A DNA stretch of 61,505 bases, filler included, from Bipalium vagum (Eukaryota): NCBI GenBank assembly GCA_037834085.1. It is 3 parts of 3 records of this genome, joined end to end, with 100 filler letters (N's around TTAATTAATTAA, not from the genome) between each part and the next. Parts side by side here need not be neighbours in the genome. Positions count along the whole stretch, not along the records: positions 45,118 to 61,505 come from JBBMKC010113865.1; 2 more parts are not named here. One strand, given 5' to 3'. A program made the position numbers and the translations under genes. The notes below the pieces were generated by a model, which was not told the DNA's origin, searched no databases, and saw only the letters and a program-made list of their open reading frames with translations. Each line of letters opens with the position of its first letter. The stretch's first letter is position 1. Below are positions 54,301 to 61,505 of the stretch, piece by piece.

Positions 54301-54379
54301 AGTAATTTTAGAGCAAATTGAAAAATATTTTTATTTAATTGTATTAGAATGAAATAGTTTTTGTTTAAATAATCTATTT

Positions 54380-54660
54380 CTTTTCAAATATTTAAATAAG
54401 TTAATATGAAAGATACTTATGCTCATTTCTGGGACATTTGTTTGTATTCTTTTAAGAAGAGGAAGCGAACTACTGATTTAAGGTTGGTTTGCTGACAGAT
54501 CATGAGTGTGAGAAATGGTCTTCAAAATTCCGTGCTAGAGATTTTAATGTAAGCTTATCAAACCGCTTCGATTGTGTTGGCCAGAGTGAGTCAAGTGCTG
54601 TCATAGTAATAATTGATGAAAATCAATTCCAAACTGTTAGAGACTAAAGATAATATACAT
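54380..54660 (+). mobile_element. Highly degenerate mariner N-terminal remnant
   Basis: CEKWSSKFRARDFNV...IIDENQFQTVRD resembles CxKWFxKFRxGDFxL. Confidence 0.45.
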
Positions 54661-57600
54661 ATCTATAGAAAATCATTTACATGAAACACATTACTTTTCT
54701 AATCTTCATATATAGGTTTCTTCTGTAAATCAGACATTTTTCGAAAAACATTACATTCAACTGGTCCAATAACCTTTAATAATATTCAGGGTTATTGTGT
54801 TTTTTTCAAGGTCATCTATCGACAGAATTCCTTTTGGATCCCTAAAAACTGTTTCCATCATTTTTTAAACCGTTTATTTTCTCCTTAGCTGCTTTGGAAA
54901 GGAGTTTCCAACTGCAATTCACTGTAGACATTCTCGTTAAACTTTATGATGCCAGTAATAAATCCAAGTTTCGTGAATAGTTATGAAATGACGCGTAAAA
55001 CCCGTTAAAAAGATCAAAATAGTATTCACAAATTCGCTTTCTAAAGAGTTTTGGTGATTCGTTAAAAATGCAGCAATTTTCTAAATACATTTTCCATGTG
55101 AAATTTTTTTAACTATAACAAACTCTTTCGACTAAGATGACCAGGTTTCAACACTTTCGCGTGTAGTCACACTGATTGCTATATTAATTTATATGTTCTC
55201 TCCCAGTTCAGACGTCTATTCCTATGTATATAATCCAGTGATATTCTCACAGATGCAGAATGTGATTCGTATCCTGCTTTTACAGCTCTGCATCTAGCTT
55301 TATATGGAACATTTTAAATTATTATGTGACCACTCTCTGTCTATATTTAACAGCCAAACATGATCCTCCAGGCACCGGTCACCTATATATTGTCAATGTA
55401 ATTTTATTGGAAGTCAATTATTTTTATCTTGAGACGAAATCGAGATTCTGCCATCATAATACCTAAGATCAAAGAAAGCAAAATATTCTGTTTACTCTGA
55501 TACTTTAGGGTCTCGTCATAAAATCCAAATACTAAAATTCATTTTTCGATCTCAATAAAATGAGCCTAAAAATACAGGAATAATTTCTTTGAAAATCTCA
55601 TAAAAATTTTTTTCGATCTGATTTAATAAAAGGATTATATAGAAAATATTTTCTCTCAAGACGTTATAACAGTTTATGAAAGTGTTCACGAAAACAATAA
55701 TATCATGAAATATTCCCCTTTTTCATATTGCTAATCTAAACGTTTTTGTAATATAAAATCATTAAAGACCTCAATAATATTCATTTTCAGCCTTTCATTA
55801 TCCAAAAATATTTATTACCCCTCTATATTTATCCATACAGTTTTTAAATGTTTCCACTTTAATTGATTATTTAAGAGTATATTTTTCTTCTTTGAAGTTT
55901 CCTTAATGTCCCTTTCATTCTTCGCAGGACATTGTAGTTTCGAAACCACTTCATTAAAATTACCAATGCCTTAACTTACATACGGACAATACCGCTTGGA
56001 TGATCCGGAATTTTGTGTTGTCCATTTGGTCCAGCTCAAGAATAACTAAATTTTGTAATTTTTATTTTGAAATATGACCCTCACTTCTTTTTGTTCATTT
56101 CAAAATCTCCGATGACATCTTGATCAACATTTCAAAACATTAAAAATTATTAAATAATTATAATAATTTAATATTTTCAACAGAGTTATTGATTGTTATT
56201 GATTATTATTATTATTATCAACGAATTATCTGATTTTCTCAGAAAAAATAAAAGTTAAATAAAAATTGATTATTTAATTTTTAAGAATATTTAGACATTT
56301 TAATTATAAATTAAATTAAAATATTTTGGTACAAAAAAGAATTAAAAAATTAAGGTAATATTTTCCCATTACAAAAAATAAAAGTCAAAAATATTTTTAT
56401 CATTTTATTATTATTATATATTATTAATTATAATATATTAATAATTAAGTGTTTTAAGGATTATTTTGAATTAAGTATTTTATTTTTATATATAATTAAT
56501 TTTTAAAAAATTTAATAATAAAGCAAAGTGGATCAAATTTTGAAATATTTATAATAATAAATAAAATAAAATATAATAAAATAATACTCAAGTAGAATTA
56601 AATAGCCCGTAAAATTGCTAATTGTAAATTATTTTTCTTAAATGCATTTATAATAAAATATTGTTAAAATAATATATCATTCAATTTGCTTTTACAATCG
56701 GGTGATAGACGAAGCAGAGTAATCGATGTTTCAAAACAGGATGAACGAATTCACTGAGCCATGAGCCAGTATAGATGGTAGAGAGCTCTCTGTAGCACCA
56801 GGACAGGGGCTTAGCTAAGTGCAGGAAGTCACACTACAAAGAGGACTTCCGTAAGGAGCCTTAGTGAAGAGATATATTGAAACAGATAGATAGATCTTAT
56901 GAATCAATACCGTTTCACACTGTCGCTTATTTTAATGAGGATGTGAGTTAATCAATTAAAACATTAGTACTCACATTGCTGAAGTATCATTCCAGATATC
57001 AACTTTGACTTTATTAGTTTTAGTAGATTCTTTTATCAGGATATATTCTGCTTTTCTGTCTGATAGAATTGAGTTAATTACCGATTGTGTGCCGTGATTT
57101 CATAAAGAGTATTATCAAATAAATTGTTTAATTGCAGTTATAATATTTTTATAATTAAATATTATTTATTAGATATAAAAATGAAAACAATAAAATAATA
57201 ATTTGTTTATTATTCATTTTGAAATATCAATATTAATGATTCCTTATAAATTATTGTCAATTAATTAATGATTATTGTTAATTTTTTCATTTAAACAATA
57301 TAATTTTTTTTGAAAATAGTCAACACTAAAAATTTATTTTATTTTGAATTTGAAATTAAAATTATTATTATTTTATTAAATAGTCATTTTATTATTAAAT
57401 ACAAAGAAGTGTTACTTTTCTTTTTTATTTTTAATAAATTAATTTTATTTGTCATTGGGTATTATTAAGAAAATGATGTTTTTTTAAAGTAATGAAAAAA
57501 TTTAAGAATAATTTTATTTGAAAATTTGAAAACCTCAAAATCTGAGCAAAGTAAACGTTAATTAATTTATTAATATTTTTTAATAATTGTTTAAACTGTA

Positions 57601-58949
57601 GAATTTTTGGAAAAACCTTTCATTGTTTTAATCGAGATTTTATTTATATCATAAAAATATGATTGTTTTTAATATAAAGTCATTGACTTTCGAAATTAAT
57701 TTGAAGTATGAAATAGATCATAATTTCTGATCCGCTAATTAAAGGGACTTGACGAATCAGGAATCGCAAGGCCACATTTTCTAAGGCTTTCCATAGGCAT
57801 CCTAATTTCCTTTGGAAAAAATAAATATTTCCTTTGAAGAAAATATAATAAAATTTATTTTTCAAAATCATAGAAAATTTGAGACTGCTCTGGACAAATA
57901 GAAAAAGGAAAAGGAAATCATCAAGTTCAAATAAGAAAATTAAAAGAATGGCTGATAAACTGTACAAGGAATATTTTTTTGTTTGATCTTCAACGAAACT
58001 TTGAGATCGTAATAATTTTAATCGTTTTCTTAAATATAAAAAATAATAATAATTAATTTTAATAAAATTTTCTTATGCAGATTATAAATTTATATATATT
58101 ATTATGTTACAAAAAGCTGAGCAAAGAAAACTTTCACTGATTTAATATTATTGTCAAAATTTTATAATTAAAAATCAAAATAATAATATTAATTGATAAA
58201 TAATTAAATAATAATAATAATTATATGATGTTTTTTTTAAAATAAGGTGAATATATTATTAAATTATATACTAATGATATATTGGATCTAATCCACTGTG
58301 TTAATATAAAATAATTTTCACCTTGATAACCTTAACCAATATTCTACAAAGAAAAATATATTTGTCTTCTCTAAAATTATATTAATTTTGATATTAAAAA
58401 AATTAAAAGTATTACTTGCAAAAAAATTATTATTATTATTATTATTATCAATTATCAATCATTAATATTATATATTTAATAATATTTTTTTATATTAATA
58501 AAAATTATATAAAAATGTATTTTAAAATTTTATGTTGATATTATATTATTTATTTATATTTTAATTAAAATGATATATTAATATTTTAATAATTAAAAAA
58601 ACAATTATAATAGTTATTATTACTATTAAAAAAATATTTGAAATAATAATAATTATTATTGTACTGACTTAAAATTAAAATTAATGAAATAAAAAATATA
58701 TTTCTCTTTTACATTAATTAACAATTATTGATTTTCCATTTAATGTTAATTGGAAATGCAATAAAATTAAAAGTCGAGTAAAATTAATTTTTCTTTCAAT
58801 TTTATTTTTATGTCTCCTCATTACAGAGCTTATTAGTTCCCATATCCAAGAAAAATTTCCCCAGCAATATTGATACAATTAGCCTTTTATAAAGCAAAAA
58901 ATAGATGATATTATTTGCAAACTTTTAATTTCCTGACATTATTGATGGA

Positions 58950-59472
58950 AACAATACGTGGGTTTTATCGATTAAGTCCCAAATAAAAGCGAGCAGAAAT
59001 CAGCGAAAAAGGTCGGCTGTGATTGGTCGTGGCAAATCGTCAGGAGTTTGGATGGAAATTTAGCGGGAAGAGAAAATTTGTCCCCACAACAAATGAAATC
59101 GGAGTAAGATGACATGGACAGATATTTCGTGTGCCGTTCGGTGTGTCGAGCTGTGAGTCTCAGTCTGTCGACATGAGGAGGAAAATTAGCAGCTACTCCG
59201 GCCGTGTGCCCGCATTGATGCTTCCTGTCTGATTGAGTGGTTTCTTCCTCTGATCATTGGATGTCGGCCACAAGCTGGCAGCGGACTTCTCTGCCCGGCT
59301 TCTTTTTCTCGCTTGCACCGGTAGCCTTAATAAGAACCGCTACCGCTCGGGAAGTGTTCAGTTCGCTGCATCTTCCTGTACGCATTATTGACTGAGCCAG
59401 ATTACCAGCATTCGGAAATCCAATTACAGACTCTGTTCCTTCGAAATCGATTTATTACTATATCAGAGGCCA
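58950..59472 (+). promoter_or_regulatory. Putative promoter/5'UTR of the ETS gene
   Basis: Abrupt GC-rich island directly before ATG 59473, with an inverted CCAAT box (ATTGG 59022) and many GGAA cores. Confidence 0.55.
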
Positions 59473-61311
59473 ATGCATGGAATGAAGCAAGAAGACTATT
59501 ATAGAGCGTGCTCTTTCGGAGGTCTGTCCTCCGTTATTTTTCCAGGTAAGTCGATAATTCACTATTGTAACGATGCTTTATCAACGTTTTACTTTAATTT
59601 TTACAACTTTTAATTAATGTTGCTTTCTAGATTCATCGTATTATGCCAACAAATCGAGCTGGATGTGTAAACAAGACGTTGGGCAAAGTACATTTTAAGA
59701 GGCTTTTTAATAATGTTTTATTAAAATATTCCCGTAGACCTTTATCCGTACAGTCCTCTTAGTTCATGTTCGCCGTGTTATCCTCTCGGATCGACAAATA
59801 AATCCCAAACAACCACCAACCAATGGCGACCTCAAGGTAAGATCCTTTACTTGCAATGTCAGCCCGTGATCGGTTTTTCATCACAGCGATGAACAAGTGT
59901 AAAATTCTCAGATTATATTTCGATTGATTGATAATCTTAGGTCCTCTTTTTCCTTAAAAAAATCTTCTTTAGAAAAACAAAGTCAACATTATTCCTCTCT
60001 GAAATGAGAAGAAAACTTTCACTTATCATCATCATCATTTTGTAAAATCAAATTCCGATAGTGCATCCGATGCTTCCCTCTTATCACTTCAGCAAAACAA
60101 ACACATGTACAGTTAATAAAAATCTGACAGCTTACAAAACGAAACATTCTCTGATCTTTGAGATAAAATTAAAAAACTGGTGGCAATGATGACGGGCTGA
60201 GCAAATACAGCCTCTCGTCTGTTTGCCAATTAATTCCCTATATATTTACATGGAACTCATCGAGACGGATATTGTGGTGGTAGAACGAGTCTAATCGATT
60301 ATCAAAGCTGCTCTCTACTTTTTACATAGAAACACAATGTAATATATTTTATGAAAATAAATCTTCTGATTTGTTGAGGCGAAATAATTTTTTACCTTAA
60401 GAAATCAACGTTTCCAAATATTTTATCATGGTTTCCTCTATTAAGGTTCTGGACAAATTCAGCTGTGGCAGTTTCTTCTCGAACTCTTGTCAGACAGTCG
60501 AAATACGACCTTTATCACCTGGGAAGGTACAAATGGTGAGTTCAAACTAATCGATCCCGACGAAGTGGCCAGAAGATGGGGAGAAAGGAAAAGCAAACCA
60601 AATATGAATTATGATAAATTAAGTCGGGCTCTGAGATATTATTATGACAAAAATATAATGACAAAAGTCCATGGAAAACGATACGCATACAAATTTGATT
60701 TTGCCGGACTTGCTCAAGCCATGCAACCGGCCAGTCCAACAGTCTCAGGACCAGGAAGTAGTCCAACCTCATTTGAACCGAGTATTTATAAATATCAACA
60801 CGATCTGTTTAATTCTGGAGTGAATCCGTTTCTTGCTCCGGCATGGCAACATCACATCAACGCAGGCATATCTCCATCGAATGGACTGTCAACGACAAAT
60901 CTTTTTACATCTTCTTCGAGTATTGGACAAAGTCAAATGATTTCAAATTCAACCACTTTTAACCAAGTTAATAAAACAGCTACAAGTCCAACTAGCTCTA
61001 TGGCACCAATAAATAGTGGTGGTATCCCCCTTGTTGGAGTTCCAAGCCCTATGGTGGCCGCATATTGGTCGGCAGCAACAAATGCCTGCAACCAAGGTAT
61101 AAATCCCATTCAACAATCTCAGATACCTTCCCATCAGCAACAGTCTCAACACCATTTCACTTCTATGTCCTCATCATACTTTTCGATGCCTCCAACCTCA
61201 CTGTTCAGTACCCCATTTTCAACAGCTATTGGTAGAGTCCCTGTAAATCCTTACGTTACAATGGCAGGTCTAGCAAACAATTCAATTCTCCCTTCAAATT
61301 ACTATGATTAA
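59473..61311 (+). CDS. erg/fli1: ERG/FLI1-subfamily ETS transcription factor (~357-364 aa, no PNT domain seen)
   Basis: The last exon 60446-61311 encodes [80 protein letters not shown] and a P/S-rich tail with YW and terminal YY (high confidence). Upstream phase-1-compatible exons 59473-59545, 59631-59687 (or 59666) and 59738-59836 are moderate confidence. Confidence 0.9.
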
Positions 61312-61427
61312 ATCTGACAATTCCGGTCATATAGACAGATTTTTCTTGGATTTGATTGACATTTTTGTTGTATAAAAATATAGTTTATTATCAAATTTTA
61401 ATGAGTACTTTAGATAATAATAATGAT

Positions 61428-61471
61428 TTTATTATTATTATTATTATTATTAATATTATTATTATTATTAA

Positions 61472-61505
<34 letters not shown>
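61428..61505. repeat. (ATT)n microsatellite at the window end
   Basis: Tandem ATT run downstream of the ETS stop codon. Confidence 0.95.

Overview
Very AT-rich eukaryotic (animal) genomic DNA from a draft assembly. It has three N gaps, and two of them contain an artificial TTAATTAATTAA spacer. Three intron-containing host genes can be spliced by hand: exportin-T (XPOT, 10 coding exons, 3842-8620, +), mago nashi (4 exons, 42958-42327, -) and an ERG/FLI1-class ETS transcription factor (59473-61311, +, no PNT domain visible). Most introns are 44-62 nt. The rest is largely a graveyard of DNA transposons: mariner DD34D, DD37D/maT, DD41D/rosa, Tc3-like DD34E, IS630-like DD34E, DD37E, pogo/Tigger and a CGGBP-like hAT. 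Several are nested or reduced to mini-elements, and there are (ATT)n microsatellites. I found no convincing wholly new biological system. The best leads are a structured ~110-nt element with a hammerhead-core-like string (31765-31872) and GC-richer, ETS-site-rich non-coding islands upstream of the ETS gene. The species cannot be fixed from this window; a non-insect invertebrate is my inference.
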